A program made the position numbers and the translations under genes. From a virus (lineage: Duplodnaviria > Caudoviricetes): DNA of 64,000 bases. Each line of letters opens with the position of its first letter. Position 1 is the stretch's first letter. Location: IMG/VR virus record IMGVR_UViG_3300036801_000104, positions 911 to 64,910 of that record. One strand, 5' to 3'. Of this stretch, positions 10,501-19,933 are shown one piece after another. Under the pieces are notes generated by a model. It worked only from the letters and a program-made list of their open reading frames with translations. It was not told where the DNA came from and made no database searches.

Positions 10501-12076
10501 TGACCGGCGTGGTGCCGACTATCGTAAAGGCTTTCGAATACGGCGAATTGCCTACGCCGGCTTGAGTGGCCTGCAAACAAGTTCCGGAATAGCTCTGGGC
10601 CAGCCCGCTCGAATTTACCGAAACAACCCCGGTCGCGCTGTTGACGGAGAAAACACTGTTGTTGTTGCATGTCGCGCCGCTAAAGGTGTCCACACCGGAT
10701 GTCTTGATCGACCATGTTGGGGCGTTCGTTCCGGAACTGACGGTGGCGCTCGCGGTCCCGACGGTGCTGGCAGTCCCCGCGGAGAAGTTGAGCCCCGTCA
10801 TCGATAGGTTCGTGAATACGGGCGGCGGCGGTCCCCCGGTGCCGATCAGGGTAAACGCCTGTGAATATGGCGAATTGGTCACTCCAGTCTGGGTCGCCGT
10901 CAGACAAAATCCAGGGTAGTTCTGCCCAGGCGCGCTCGCATTTACCGAAACAAGTCCGGTCTGACCATTTTGAGTTGCCGTTATGCTCGTCGTCGTTCCT
11001 GAATCAGCTGTCGTTATAGCGCGCGCAGTATTGATATTGAGACCGGATATAGCAAAGAGATTGGTATTGCTTGATGTCAGGTTCCCGGAGAATGCAGGGC
11101 CGTTCGACATCGCGACGCTGGCGGTTGCAATCAAAGTTCCCGCGGGCGAGCTGTCCAGCAGAGAGGGGGTTGGAGGGGAGAACGTAATGCCTGTCGGCAC
11201 TCCCGATGTGACGACTGAGAAATAGGGGTAACTGCTGCACTGTGCGCCAGCATGATCCACGCCGGACGTTTTGATTGACCAGGTCGGCGAGTTTACGCCG
11301 GAGCTAACGGTCGAGGTCGCGGTTCCAACCGTGCCAGCCGTGTTCGACGGAAAGCTGAGATTTGACAGCGCCACCTGCGTAAAGACAGGCCCGACTGCCC
11401 CGGTGCCGACCAGGGTGAATGCCTTGGAAAACGGCGAATTGCCCACCCCGGCCTGCGTCGCCCGCAAGCAGGTTCCGGGGTAGCTCTGCACTGGTGCGGT
11501 GGCGTTTACGGATACGATGCCGGTTGGGCCATTGGTGGCCACCGGGGCGGGGCCGCTGTTGGAGAATCCGTTGTTATATGCAAACCATCCCTGGCTGGCC
11601 GTGTTGACGTACATCACGCCGTTAGACACGTCCATTTCGGTGCCGATACCAGTCGCCACACCATTTAACAGCACATTGTACTCACCGGGTCGCCCAGATG
11701 CCGCGGTCCCCCACGTCCATGTTCCGTCGGAGGTGGTAAGCGCTGGGCCACTTGGTGCAGTAGATGTGATTAAGCTGGTCGAGTTGGCGACCGTGAAATA
11801 GGCGCTGTAATCGTTGCACTGTGCGCCAACGCTATCGAAGCCAGAATTTTGGAGATCCCACGTCGGCGAAGCCTGCCCAGTGCTGAGCGCCGCAGTCGCA
11901 GTACCGACCGTCCCGCTAGTCCCGGTAGTAAAAGTGAGGGTCGGCATTGTTATGGACGTGAAGATGGTTGGCACAATGCCCCCCTGCACGCCGCGCGATA
12001 GGAAGAATTCCTTAGTTAATGCGGCTCCCCCGCCGGCGATCAGAAGCAAAAGGGCAAGAGGCAGAAGCCGCCGCAT
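7499..12076 (-). CDS. Giant secreted adhesin/enzyme: three cadherin-like repeats plus a RIFT-barrel/alpha-toroid (PcRGLX-like) region
   Basis: MRRLLPLALLLL leader; three CLxATQxGVxNSPxSxAFTxxG repeats; FGQGFRYGD, DRPDLG and RGQAWMTRD motifs. Confidence 0.65.
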   Translation of the reverse strand: MRRLLPLALLLLIAGGGAALTKEFFLSRGVQGGIVPTIFTSITMPTLTFTTGTSGTVGTATAALSTGQASPTWDLQNSGFDSVGAQCNDYSAYFTVANSTSLITSTAPSGPALTTSDGTWTWGTAASGRPGEYNVLLNGVATGIGTEMDVSNGVMYVNTASQGWFAYNNGFSNSGPAPVATNGPTGIVSVNATAPVQSYPGTCLRATQAGVGNSPFSKAFTLVGTGAVGPVFTQVALSNLSFPSNTAGTVGTATSTVSSGVNSPTWSIKTSGVDHAGAQCSSYPYFSVVTSGVPTGITFSPPTPSLLDSSPAGTLIATASVAMSNGPAFSGNLTSSNTNLFAISGLNINTARAITTADSGTTTSITATQNGQTGLVSVNASAPGQNYPGFCLTATQTGVTNSPYSQAFTLIGTGGPPPPVFTNLSMTGLNFSAGTASTVGTASATVSSGTNAPTWSIKTSGVDTFSGATCNNNSVFSVNSATGVVSVNSSGLAQSYSGTCLQATQAGVGNSPYSKAFTIVGTTPVTGLLTTFTFQNLSGATLPAGTPISFGQGFRYGDIMPGQNPVIRDASTHTPLPGQQWDEISTWRENGSNGSWRHAVWSAWLPNSLANGATYQVEFVATAGSYSETSKQALSVLCSGPAAHDLKIHLSDVRNQADTVRDSGDATFRVCDNIANVGRDAPRHIRAGNVYDEYVVSGMFVYATSGNKDPLLYAACNIDIFTQASDGVSPGDVRWVCEIHNAWMNVAGGSTGNAGNIGPAGFANDPQSISYKPEVLDGAASVLNWTGLDATISSASNPIQPVASAGCYGGWGDAYCMDVPTATGANSWYAGMAVRPSCSGTCPAGMNNNQLYYVAPTGIVTSGSASTKSSLVLSPNYTYGPVRFMTASQGTGTTTFGFRVQHYHWNSVLLLDQTNQDNWSPVGTTTRVTRKVYPAFTSGEKLYWEKTGLIIPMDLAQSVNVYAPNPSTGNTPYYNPNTIGNVIGGVGGGDRPDLGIISEWAAQAFINGSEANWDYARLFTLGNMTYGNATLLNEATGRIPVINNGPPIGPGGNGTGGTYAGLGAPMPTTEYSGLGPVNMVGPPASLPNANYPATSGQWTSGTYISHMPSFNSITYEIFGDRHWLDMMRLRGNADYAQQRAGPGPELGQGYYRDNNAKFTDGNTYHYYGILIDCCQGRGQAWMTRDVTYPAAFGGDNDIERSYYNDILTENRHYYSMWLRFKDGPSQAAPNNTNYSTSITEPTGYYEGISAEPFIETYLFDSAWNMLTWLHEPLASTWMKQWQRNIEGNCGSRLTGAMPYYCFDYYYSSAINNGGDGSVTSQQGSTGLYANGVDASDFGIVPTINLLSGGQWSVGTYIVTVGDQVMAMTGYHGFFAPGPIDQLAGNRYYSIIGPVTNVNGQNHTFYIQCTSADHTAFPSQCPVAGQAFTGYTSNGVAIANTNAYTLKLRLTYDNTANTGVGYSSINYMEYGGQRIIGLKIAGYNVANSLAAWDGPRLGGYNSQRPINNWDRTVVIPGLPTAVNSIP

Positions 12077-13269
12077 TATGATGTCCTCGGGCTCAGCCAA
12101 CACATGCCGAACATAGTGCCGGCAGCAGGAAATAGCTTAATTCCAGTAGTGGCCTGGGATGTAGTCAACGGGCCGACGCCTGCTACAGTCAGCAATTGCT
12201 CCGCCGCGGAGCCGGTATCAAATGACCGCGTTACGGCGTGGATATCGTTTGAGAACCCCATGCCGGTGCCGAATGAGAAGCTCAGGTCTATATCTAATGT
12301 AGCTCCGTTATTGGTGCCTGTAGGAAGCGGAGAAGAAAGCAAAAATCCGTTGGATGGCCCCCCATCAGCCGTGCTAACCCAAAGATCACCCGGACTGATA
12401 ACGTTGCCGGACAGCTGGAGTATATAGCTGTAGCCGGCCGTCTGAAATGTCCCAGCATACGCCAGCTGCAGGGTTATTCCCCCCGATGCCGTCTGCAATC
12501 CCACCCCGCTGCACGCCAAGTGCAGGCGAGGATAGCCGCTCAACCCAAGCCACTGGAAAGAACTCACGGAAGCGCTCGACGCAGCGCTCTGATACCATGT
12601 GCCGGGAAGGAAGCCTGACGCCACATAATTGTTGCTGGGGTTGGCTTGGAGGCATACTTCGCCGCCAGGATAAAGCACGATCTGGCCGCCCGTTACCGCT
12701 GGGTTGCCATTGACTACCCCGGCCGCGCCAGAAATCGTTGAGGTTGTCGCCGTGATCGTCATGAGCGCGGTGCCGTTGTTTTTGAAGCATGACCCGTGCC
12801 CAGGCGGAAAGACCGCCTGCGTGAGGGTCGTGCTCCCGACTGTCTGTGAATTATTCACCGTCCAGGTCGTCCCGGAGCCAGCGGTGACGTAGGTATTGTC
12901 AAGCACCCCGAGTCCAGTGATGACGGAACCAATCGTGACGGCATTAGATGGCGTTGAAAGCGTAGTGCCCGAGATTGACCCAGTGAAAGTTGATACTACG
13001 CTTTGCGGCATCGTATAAGTCGCGGCGGAGGCGCCGGCAAACACCAGGGTCGCAAAGTCGTCGCTCGCCCTTGTGGTGCACCCGGTCGCAATGCTGTTCC
13101 TATATACCACGCTGTAAGAGCCCGCGGCCGGCGAGCAGATCGGCGCGTTGAGGTCGAGGAGTTCACCCTGCAGGCTCATCGACATGCCCGGAACAATGCG
13201 CTGTCCGGACTGGTCGGCATAAGCGTGCGAAGCCGCGAGGATCAGAGCGAGAGCAAGCCAACGTCTCAT
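12076..13269 (-). CDS. Secreted fibre-tip-like beta protein
   Basis: MRRWLALALILAASHAYA signal; FTGSISGTTL...GTTWTVNNSQTV module; C-terminal ATTGIKLF as in tail-fibre tips. Confidence 0.6.
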   Translation of the reverse strand: MRRWLALALILAASHAYADQSGQRIVPGMSMSLQGELLDLNAPICSPAAGSYSVVYRNSIATGCTTRASDDFATLVFAGASAATYTMPQSVVSTFTGSISGTTLSTPSNAVTIGSVITGLGVLDNTYVTAGSGTTWTVNNSQTVGSTTLTQAVFPPGHGSCFKNNGTALMTITATTSTISGAAGVVNGNPAVTGGQIVLYPGGEVCLQANPSNNYVASGFLPGTWYQSAASSASVSSFQWLGLSGYPRLHLACSGVGLQTASGGITLQLAYAGTFQTAGYSYILQLSGNVISPGDLWVSTADGGPSNGFLLSSPLPTGTNNGATLDIDLSFSFGTGMGFSNDIHAVTRSFDTGSAAEQLLTVAGVGPLTTSQATTGIKLFPAAGTMFGMCWLSPRTS

Positions 13270-16200
13270 GGCACTGTCCTCAAAGTAGTAGCGCTCTTGA
13301 CAATGAAATGCCCGCACTGGTTGGCCTGTACGGGAATGCCCACGCCAGCCGCCTGATTATTGATAAAGTGCGCAGTGGTATCTGGGTAGACCAGCAGCGC
13401 GTTGTTCGCGTCTTCGTTGCAAACATACAGATGATTGAAGGCCACCATTAGCGCGGCATCAAACCGCACAGCCGCCGTACCGGCGCAGCCATTTGCGAGG
13501 GTCGTGCAATTCGCGCCGCTCCCGACATAATTCTGCTGGGTCGTAAGGTCGGTCGCCGTTCCCAGCGTCGTGCCCGCGGCGGTGACGCCGGTTGTTCCAG
13601 TGTCATTGGTGGCTCCCCCACCCGTGCCGCAAGACCCTGTCAGGAGGACGACCACGTTGCTGGCATTCAAACCTAGACAGGAAACCTGCGTCCCCGTAGC
13701 AAGCCCCGTTGCTGTGATCGCGCCGGTGGCCGTCAGAGTCGTGAACTTGCCGGCTGCCGGAGCTGTTGCGCCGATGGACGGAGGCGAGGCGAGATAAGTG
13801 CTAAAGCCGGTCCCGGATACGGTGCTTGATGCTGAAAGGGTCGTGAAGGCGCCGGCTGCTGCCGATGTCCCACCAATTGCAGGGGGAGAGGCCAGGTAAT
13901 TACTAAACCCTACCCCGGAAATTCCGGCTGACGCGGATAATGTCGTGAAAGAGCCTCCCGCTGCGGCTGTGCCGCCGATAGCCGGCGGTGACGCCAGATA
14001 CGTCGAGAAGCCAGTACCTGATACTGTGGAGCTGGCCGCAAGCGTCGTGAATGATCCTGCTGCCGCAACGGTGCCGCCGATCCCCGGAGGGGATGCTAGG
14101 TAGTTGCTAAACCCAACCCCGGTTACCGCTCCGGAAGCCGAGAGCGCGGTAAAGGAGCCGGCCGCCGATGTGGTCGCTCCGATTGCCGGAGGAGAAGCGA
14201 GGTATGTGCTGAAGCCAGTCCCCGATACCGCGCCAGAGGCCGACAGCGTCGTGAATGCACCGCCCGCAGGCGCAGTCCCACCAATAGCCGGTGGGGACGC
14301 CAAGTATGTGCTGAAGCCAGTTCCCGAGACGGCACCGGAAGCCGACAGCGTCGTAAACGCGCCAGCCGCAGGGGCCGAGCCGCCGATAGCAGGAGGAGAG
14401 GCTAGGTAAGTCGAGAAGCCGGTGCCCGATACAGTGGAGCTGGCCGAGAGGGTGGTGAACGCGCCTCCCGCTGGAGTCGTGCCGCCGATCGCCGATGGTG
14501 CCGCCCAATTGATGATCGCATTCGACAAGAGGCCGGTTCCGAGCGTCTCTGCGATGGTGCTGTTCCCGGTCGTTCCGACTGGCAGCCCTACATTGCTCAG
14601 GGTATCTGTGCCTGTCCAGAAGGGGATGTTGTTGACAGTGGATGTCCCAGCCGATGTAACGCTTCCCCCGCCGAGACAGGAGCCAGCAACCCAAGCGCCA
14701 GCCGACCCGATGATGCAGTCGCCATTGACGGGCACGATCCCCGCCGGAGTGTTGGTGCCGTTAGAGACAACGATGTCGCCGCTCGTAGGCCAGGTCGGAG
14801 CACTGCCGGCGGTGTTGGTAAAGTCGAGAATGACTTCGATCGGGAAGGAGCCACCCGCGGCATTGGTCGATAGGACATTGCCGATCGTTTGGACGCCAGC
14901 GGGCCGCGTCGCCCCGCCGTCATGGCAGTTGCCGGCTACGGTAGAGCTAAGGACAACGAAATGGCCGGCCGTTGTCGCACCGTCAAAGGTGCATGAAGCC
15001 TGGCCGTGGATGGCGATTTGGGCACTGCCGGTGGTTCCGGCGCCACCGATGACAACCCCTATAGCGGCGTCGGTATCGCTGACGAGCGTCGTCAATGCCG
15101 TTGATGGTGCGCCGGAAAACTTCGCGACTAGCCCTGCGGTCGTGCCGCCGGTCCCGGCGTTCGGGATTTCGACGGCGATGGCCTTAGAGGTAAAGTCAAA
15201 GTGCTCGCTGGTGCTGACGATGGTGCCGTTGTCCGTTAGGCCGGAAACAACAGGCGAGCTTGCGCCGTTTCCTTTATAGATCGCGTTAGCGGTTTGGGTA
15301 GTAAGGCCGGTCCCTCCATTTGCGACTGTGAATGGGGCTCCGAGAAGCGTCAGGACGCTCGCTGTCGAGCACAGCGAAGGCACGCTCGACCCATTAGTAC
15401 AGAGTATCGAACTGGCTGCTGATGGGAGAGCCGCCCATGCTCCGCCTGTCCCGTAAACCAGATCATTGTTGACCGGCGCGAGAGCCCCAGGGGTATTGGT
15501 GGTGTTCGAGACGACTATGCTGCCGGATGCGGGCCACGTCGGTGGGCTGCCCGCGGTATTTGTGAATTCGGGGCTGAAAACCATCGCATAGGAGCCGGCG
15601 CCGCCCCCATTCGTGGCGAGCACGCGCCCGATTACCTGCGCCCCGCCTGGCCGCGTGCCGGACGCGGTATCGTGGCATTTCCCGGCGACGGTCGTGCTGA
15701 TTACGACCCAGTCGCCCGCCGTGGTCGATCCGTCAAACGAGCAATTTGCTTGGCCGCCAACAACGATCTGGGCGTTCCCGGTCGTCCCGCCCCCACTAAG
15801 AACCACACCGATCGCGTTATCGGTATCGCTCGTCAGGGCCGTCAGAGCCCTTGATGGAGCACCCGATAGCTTCGCCAGCAGCCCGTTTGTGGTGCCACCA
15901 GATGATGCATTTGCGATTTCGATTACTTGACTTTGATTGGTAAGGTCGAGCGGTTCAGTTGTACTGACTAGCGCGCCGTTATCCGATAGGCTCGATACGG
16001 CCATATTCGCCGTGCCGGCACCTTTGTAAATCGCACCCGTGGTTAAGGTGGCGAGGCCGGTGCCGCCATTGGGAACCGAAAACGGAGTGCCCAGAACACC
16101 TAGGATGGTGGCGGCGGCGCCATAGGAAACTTGATTTGCTGAAGAAATATAAGGGATTGTATTCGTCAGAGGCGTCGCCGGATAGGATACCCCGTTCACC

Positions 16201-17117
16201 TTCGAATTCGTTACCGTGATCGCAGTCGTACCCATGCCCGACGCGTCGCCGCCGAGAGTGATTGTCTGGTTGCCCGTCAGATACCCCAGGATACCTTGCA
16301 TCGTGGTCGGCGAGCACATCGACAATATGGAGGTAGAATCAACGCAGGGGACCGAACTCGCCACCGGAGCCAGCGCCGTCCATGCATTGCCCGTCCCATA
16401 GACCAAACTATTGTTGACCGGCGCAAGTCCGGAAGGTGAGTTCGTGCTGTTGCTGATAACGAGGCTGTCCGCAGCGGGCCAGGTGACATTGCCGCTTGCC
16501 CCGCCCGACGCATTCAGCGTCGTGCCGCCACCGCTTAGGGTCAGATTTGTGCCGAGCGTGATTGCCCGCAGATGTCCGGACGGATCTGTGCCGAGCAACG
16601 GTGCCATGGGTAGACCGGAGACAGTCACGGCACCAGACAGAGTCGGGGCTGATAATGTCGGCGCGGCCATCGGCGCATAACCCTGCGCCTGGACGTAGGC
16701 TGTCGTCGCGATCTTCGTGGTGTTGTCCGCCGTGGTTGGGGTCGGGGCGAGCGGTGTGCCGGTAAAAGTCGGTGAGGCGAGCGGCGCAAAGCCGGGGATC
16801 GTCAGCCCACTCGGCAGCGTTATGCTGGGCGTCGGCACGCCTGAGCCATTGAACGTGAGGATGCCGTTGTTGACCCCGGTCAGCGGCCCAATGGCATTGA
16901 GCCCGATGTAAACCCCGAGCTGAGTGGCGCCGTTGGCGATCGAGCCCGACGAGAGAGCCGTGCCGCACGTCAGAGCCGTACCATATGCCGTATAGCCGAG
17001 GTTTGAGTTGCCGCCGCCGCAGGCTGGAGCAGCGAGCGGGCCGGGCGGTTGCACCACTTGGCCGGCGTTTGCCGTCGCCGCCCATACCAGCGCTAGGACA
17101 GCGAGTATAATTCTCAT
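13266..17117 (-). CDS. Long tail/head fibre-like protein with a signal peptide
   Basis: MRIILAVLALVWAATANA; APLASPTFTGTP..DNTTKIATTAYV fibre motif; two DUF2190/cement-like domains; 34-aa repeats. Confidence 0.75.
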   Translation of the reverse strand: MRIILAVLALVWAATANAGQVVQPPGPLAAPACGGGNSNLGYTAYGTALTCGTALSSGSIANGATQLGVYIGLNAIGPLTGVNNGILTFNGSGVPTPSITLPSGLTIPGFAPLASPTFTGTPLAPTPTTADNTTKIATTAYVQAQGYAPMAAPTLSAPTLSGAVTVSGLPMAPLLGTDPSGHLRAITLGTNLTLSGGGTTLNASGGASGNVTWPAADSLVISNSTNSPSGLAPVNNSLVYGTGNAWTALAPVASSVPCVDSTSILSMCSPTTMQGILGYLTGNQTITLGGDASGMGTTAITVTNSKVNGVSYPATPLTNTIPYISSANQVSYGAAATILGVLGTPFSVPNGGTGLATLTTGAIYKGAGTANMAVSSLSDNGALVSTTEPLDLTNQSQVIEIANASSGGTTNGLLAKLSGAPSRALTALTSDTDNAIGVVLSGGGTTGNAQIVVGGQANCSFDGSTTAGDWVVISTTVAGKCHDTASGTRPGGAQVIGRVLATNGGGAGSYAMVFSPEFTNTAGSPPTWPASGSIVVSNTTNTPGALAPVNNDLVYGTGGAWAALPSAASSILCTNGSSVPSLCSTASVLTLLGAPFTVANGGTGLTTQTANAIYKGNGASSPVVSGLTDNGTIVSTSEHFDFTSKAIAVEIPNAGTGGTTAGLVAKFSGAPSTALTTLVSDTDAAIGVVIGGAGTTGSAQIAIHGQASCTFDGATTAGHFVVLSSTVAGNCHDGGATRPAGVQTIGNVLSTNAAGGSFPIEVILDFTNTAGSAPTWPTSGDIVVSNGTNTPAGIVPVNGDCIIGSAGAWVAGSCLGGGSVTSAGTSTVNNIPFWTGTDTLSNVGLPVGTTGNSTIAETLGTGLLSNAIINWAAPSAIGGTTPAGGAFTTLSASSTVSGTGFSTYLASPPAIGGSAPAAGAFTTLSASGAVSGTGFSTYLASPPAIGGTAPAGGAFTTLSASGAVSGTGFSTYLASPPAIGATTSAAGSFTALSASGAVTGVGFSNYLASPPGIGGTVAAAGSFTTLAASSTVSGTGFSTYLASPPAIGGTAAAGGSFTTLSASAGISGVGFSNYLASPPAIGGTSAAAGAFTTLSASSTVSGTGFSTYLASPPSIGATAPAAGKFTTLTATGAITATGLATGTQVSCLGLNASNVVVLLTGSCGTGGGATNDTGTTGVTAAGTTLGTATDLTTQQNYVGSGANCTTLANGCAGTAAVRFDAALMVAFNHLYVCNEDANNALLVYPDTTAHFINNQAAGVGIPVQANQCGHFIVKSATTLRTVP
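13715..14510 (-). repeat. Seven full plus one partial 102-bp coding tandem repeats (GTGFSTYLASPPAIGGTAPAAGAFTTLSASxxVS)
   Basis: Seen in translation; synonymous codon positions are strongly diverged. Confidence 0.9.
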
Positions 17118-17127
17118 TGGTGCGCCC

Positions 17128-17502
17128 CTACCGATACCAGCAAGTGTAGGTTGTGCCCGCCCCGCTCCCGATAATCGAAATCGCGGGCGGTATCGGTTCG
17201 ACCGGGGAATTCCAGATGTACGTTGTGCCTGGGAAGATGTGCAGCGATGGCGACGCCGTGGTCGCTGTGCCGCTCGCCAAAATGTTTATCCAGATATCCT
17301 GCGTCGCATGAGTGTTCTGAAGCAGCAGATAGGTTTGCGGGCTGGGGAAGCCGGTTCCTGACGATGGGAACACGACCTGAGCGGCGGATGCGCCGGCTGT
17401 GCCCGAACAATTTGAGACCGGCCCATAAACCTGCTGCGCGTCGGCCAAAGAAAGGGTAAGCCATGACAGCGCGAGCGCCGTCAGCAATGCGCGGAGAATC
17501 AT
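17128..17502 (-). CDS. Small secreted beta-sandwich protein
   Basis: Signal ...LSLADA; LLLQN motif; Cys pair. Confidence 0.65.
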   Translation of the reverse strand: MILRALLTALALSWLTLSLADAQQVYGPVSNCSGTAGASAAQVVFPSSGTGFPSPQTYLLLQNTHATQDIWINILASGTATTASPSLHIFPGTTYIWNSPVEPIPPAISIIGSGAGTTYTCWYR

Positions 17503-17579
17503 TTCATTTCTGTTCCTATTTTGAGCCCTTTGACGGGCCGATGCGCGTCGCTACTTGTGGTAGCGAGAGGAAAAACACC

Positions 17580-17840
17580 GTGAAAACCACAGCAGCACTC
17601 GCGATAGGCTTCTGCCTCATCGCTTCAACCGGACATGCCCAAGGCTGGGCGCAGGCGTTGACTGGGTTCCTACAGGGCGACCAGGAGCACTATCTGCAGC
17701 AACAAAACATCCAGCGCGGCTATCCGGCCCAGGTCTACCGACCAACCTATGGAGGACAATCGTACACGACGTATTTCAACTACAACGGTCGGATCATTAC
17801 CTGTATCCCGATGGGGAACGGGGCGACCTATTGCCAGTGA
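17580..17840 (+). CDS. Small secreted protein (opposite-strand cassette)
   Basis: GAGG SD, GTG start, signal ...TGHA, C-terminal C-x9-C. Confidence 0.6.
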   Translation: MKTTAALAIGFCLIASTGHAQGWAQALTGFLQGDQEHYLQQQNIQRGYPAQVYRPTYGGQSYTTYFNYNGRIITCIPMGNGATYCQ

Positions 17841-18040
17841 GTCCGCAAATGATCAAAGGATGGAAACCCATTAGCGAGGCGCCACCAGAAGTGGCTGATA
17901 TCGTCCGTTTTGCTGCGCCGCCGCAAGTCGGCCAGCATGTAGGGCGCTGTTATACGCTGGATGATGGTCGCTGGGTCGTTCTGATGTTTTCGAGCCACAG
18001 ACCGACAAGCTATTTCATTTTACCTGAGCCGCCCCGATGA
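17837..18040 (+). CDS. DUF551-like protein
   Basis: WKPISEAP...RPTSYFILPEPP. Confidence 0.55.
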   Translation: MSPQMIKGWKPISEAPPEVADIVRFAAPPQVGQHVGRCYTLDDGRWVVLMFSSHRPTSYFILPEPPR

Positions 18041-18234
18041 AGCTGATTTGGGCCGATCGGGTCGCCATCTTCTGGCTGGCCCTGTGCTCCTTATTTTTCT
18101 TCTGCGTAAATGGTCGAGAGGCCATCTCGGGTATGCTGTCCGATCCGAGCGCGATGTTCGTCTTGTTCGTGGTTCCTTGGATCGTGATGCGGCTGTTCGC
18201 TTTACTGTTCCAGGGGCGCCATGTCGCCCGATGA
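18037..18234 (+). CDS. Two-TM membrane protein
   Basis: ATGA coupling; two hydrophobic helices. Confidence 0.6.
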   Translation: MKLIWADRVAIFWLALCSLFFFCVNGREAISGMLSDPSAMFVLFVVPWIVMRLFALLFQGRHVAR

Positions 18235-18433
18235 TCCGGCGTGGCTTAAAGGGCTGGCCGCGTTCTTGGCGGTCGCGGTTGGGCAAGGAATTGCTCGCCT
18301 ACGGCTCCGACGACGCCCCGACCCACGGGGCCATAACGCTGGCCAGCGGTCCGAAGCTCCGCAGACCTTGAGCTATCGGCTGGGCGCCCGCTGGGCGCGT
18401 CGCCATAACATGGGCCAGAGCCGCCCGTCCTAG
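18221..18433 (+). CDS. Small membrane-anchored basic protein
   Basis: Coupled to the previous gene; its 3' end overlaps the antisense ejection gene by 135 nt. Confidence 0.4.
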   Translation: MSPDDPAWLKGLAAFLAVAVGQGIARLRLRRRPDPRGHNAGQRSEAPQTLSYRLGARWARRHNMGQSRPS

Positions 18434-19933
18434 AGGGGAATACATTCCTGCCGTGGCCGCGCCACCGCCAGCAACGCCCAATGCAGTTGCCGGGCTCAGG
18501 GCGTGCCCCGCCAGCGCTCCCCCCAAAATCGTCGCTAAGCTGCGATATGGCGTCCCGGAGTCCGGGACTCGATTGCCGAGGATGCTCTTGCCCGCTTCCG
18601 CGTATCCCTGCATCAGCGCATCGCCCGCGGCAAAGGCATTTTTGCGCATGCTCGGGTCGAGCGATTTGGTCGCCGCCTGCAATTGTGCCGGCGAAAATAC
18701 CCCCGGATCGGCACCGGGCCGCCCCGCCGCGTTGTTGACCCGCAAGGAATGCGCAAAGGCATTGTCAACGTTCGCCATTGCCGCCCCAGCGATCGGATTC
18801 TCAAGATTCTGCGCGTTGCGCATGATTTGCTGGGTTTGATACAAGGCGCCAGCTAGACGCTTATCCCATTCGGTCCCGCTCGGGTTTGCCGCGAGCCCGG
18901 CAGCCAATTTCCCGATGTCGCTTTTCGCTGCGTGGAAGGATTCGCCCGTAATGCCGCCGCCGGATGAGAGGCGATTATTAATCATCAGATTGACAGCATC
19001 ATCGTATTGCGAGACATGACCGGTCGGCAGCGATGCCGCTACGTTACCACGCAAGTTCGCTAGGTCGCTCCGAAACTGAGTGGCAGCTGGTGAACCTACC
19101 GGCCAGCCGAGCTGTGGCTTGATGGCGGCGTAAGCGTCGTCGATTTTGCCCTGCATCTCGCCAATAGCCCCGCGACCCATGCCGCTCGCTTCCAGCCTCT
19201 GGCCTATCGGTGCCAGCGCCTGATTGGCCGCCCCACGGTCGAACTGCTGCACCGCGTTCGCGCGACCGGAGCGAATGAAATCGCCCATGATTGGCACGCT
19301 TCCGGCAGCTTCCTCTAGACGATTTGCGCCACCGCCTAGGATTTGCCCAGGTGTCGGCCTCACCCCTGCATTCATGAGCGCCTGCAGCCCCGGATCTGTC
19401 GCTCCGCTGACGGCGCGCGCCGCGCCACCGAGAACCAGTGGCGCAGCGGCTCCCCCTGCAGCACCATACGCAGCATTCTTTCCGGTCTTAGACCAAAAGT
19501 ATGGGTCGTTCGGGTCGACAGGATTAAGCGCACCAGAAGCCGCCCCCGTAGCTGCGCCAGAACCTAGCCGAGCTAATAGCGATGCACTTCCGGCCCCCGG
19601 CATCAGTGCGGCGATCGGCGCTGTCACGGCCACATTGCCTGCCAATTCAGCGGCTTTCCCGGCCGCTCCGGGGAAAGCGTTTTCCTTCTCAAAGTCGGCG
19701 CGCGCTTGCTGATTAGCCGCGGCAATGCTTGGCGCTTGCGATGGGAATGCCTTGCCCAGCATGGCCGCTGCCTGGTCGATCGGCTGCCGCCCACCTTCGA
19801 GGAAATTCGTCATCAACGATGGCGATCCGGTATGTACGGGCGCAACAGGTGCGGCGATAGCGTATCCCGGCGGTGGCGGCACAATACCAGAGTCTGGGTC
19901 GGCGAGCGTATACCCCGGCGGGAGATCCGTCAT
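18299..19933 (-). CDS. Internal virion/DNA ejection protein
   Basis: Ala/Gly-rich helical protein; third gene of the ejection cluster; PDSGT motif. Confidence 0.65.
   Translation of the reverse strand: MTDLPPGYTLADPDSGIVPPPPGYAIAAPVAPVHTGSPSLMTNFLEGGRQPIDQAAAMLGKAFPSQAPSIAAANQQARADFEKENAFPGAAGKAAELAGNVAVTAPIAALMPGAGSASLLARLGSGAATGAASGALNPVDPNDPYFWSKTGKNAAYGAAGGAAAPLVLGGAARAVSGATDPGLQALMNAGVRPTPGQILGGGANRLEEAAGSVPIMGDFIRSGRANAVQQFDRGAANQALAPIGQRLEASGMGRGAIGEMQGKIDDAYAAIKPQLGWPVGSPAATQFRSDLANLRGNVAASLPTGHVSQYDDAVNLMINNRLSSGGGITGESFHAAKSDIGKLAAGLAANPSGTEWDKRLAGALYQTQQIMRNAQNLENPIAGAAMANVDNAFAHSLRVNNAAGRPGADPGVFSPAQLQAATKSLDPSMRKNAFAAGDALMQGYAEAGKSILGNRVPDSGTPYRSLATILGGALAGHALSPATALGVAGGGAATAGMYSPLGRAALAHVMATRPAGAQPIAQGLRSFGPLASVMAPWVGASSEP

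Noticed and set aside
13715-14510. DGR template/variable repeats or a CRISPR array
   Set aside because: In-frame protein repeats that differ mainly at synonymous positions, not adenine-specific; no reverse transcriptase in the window.
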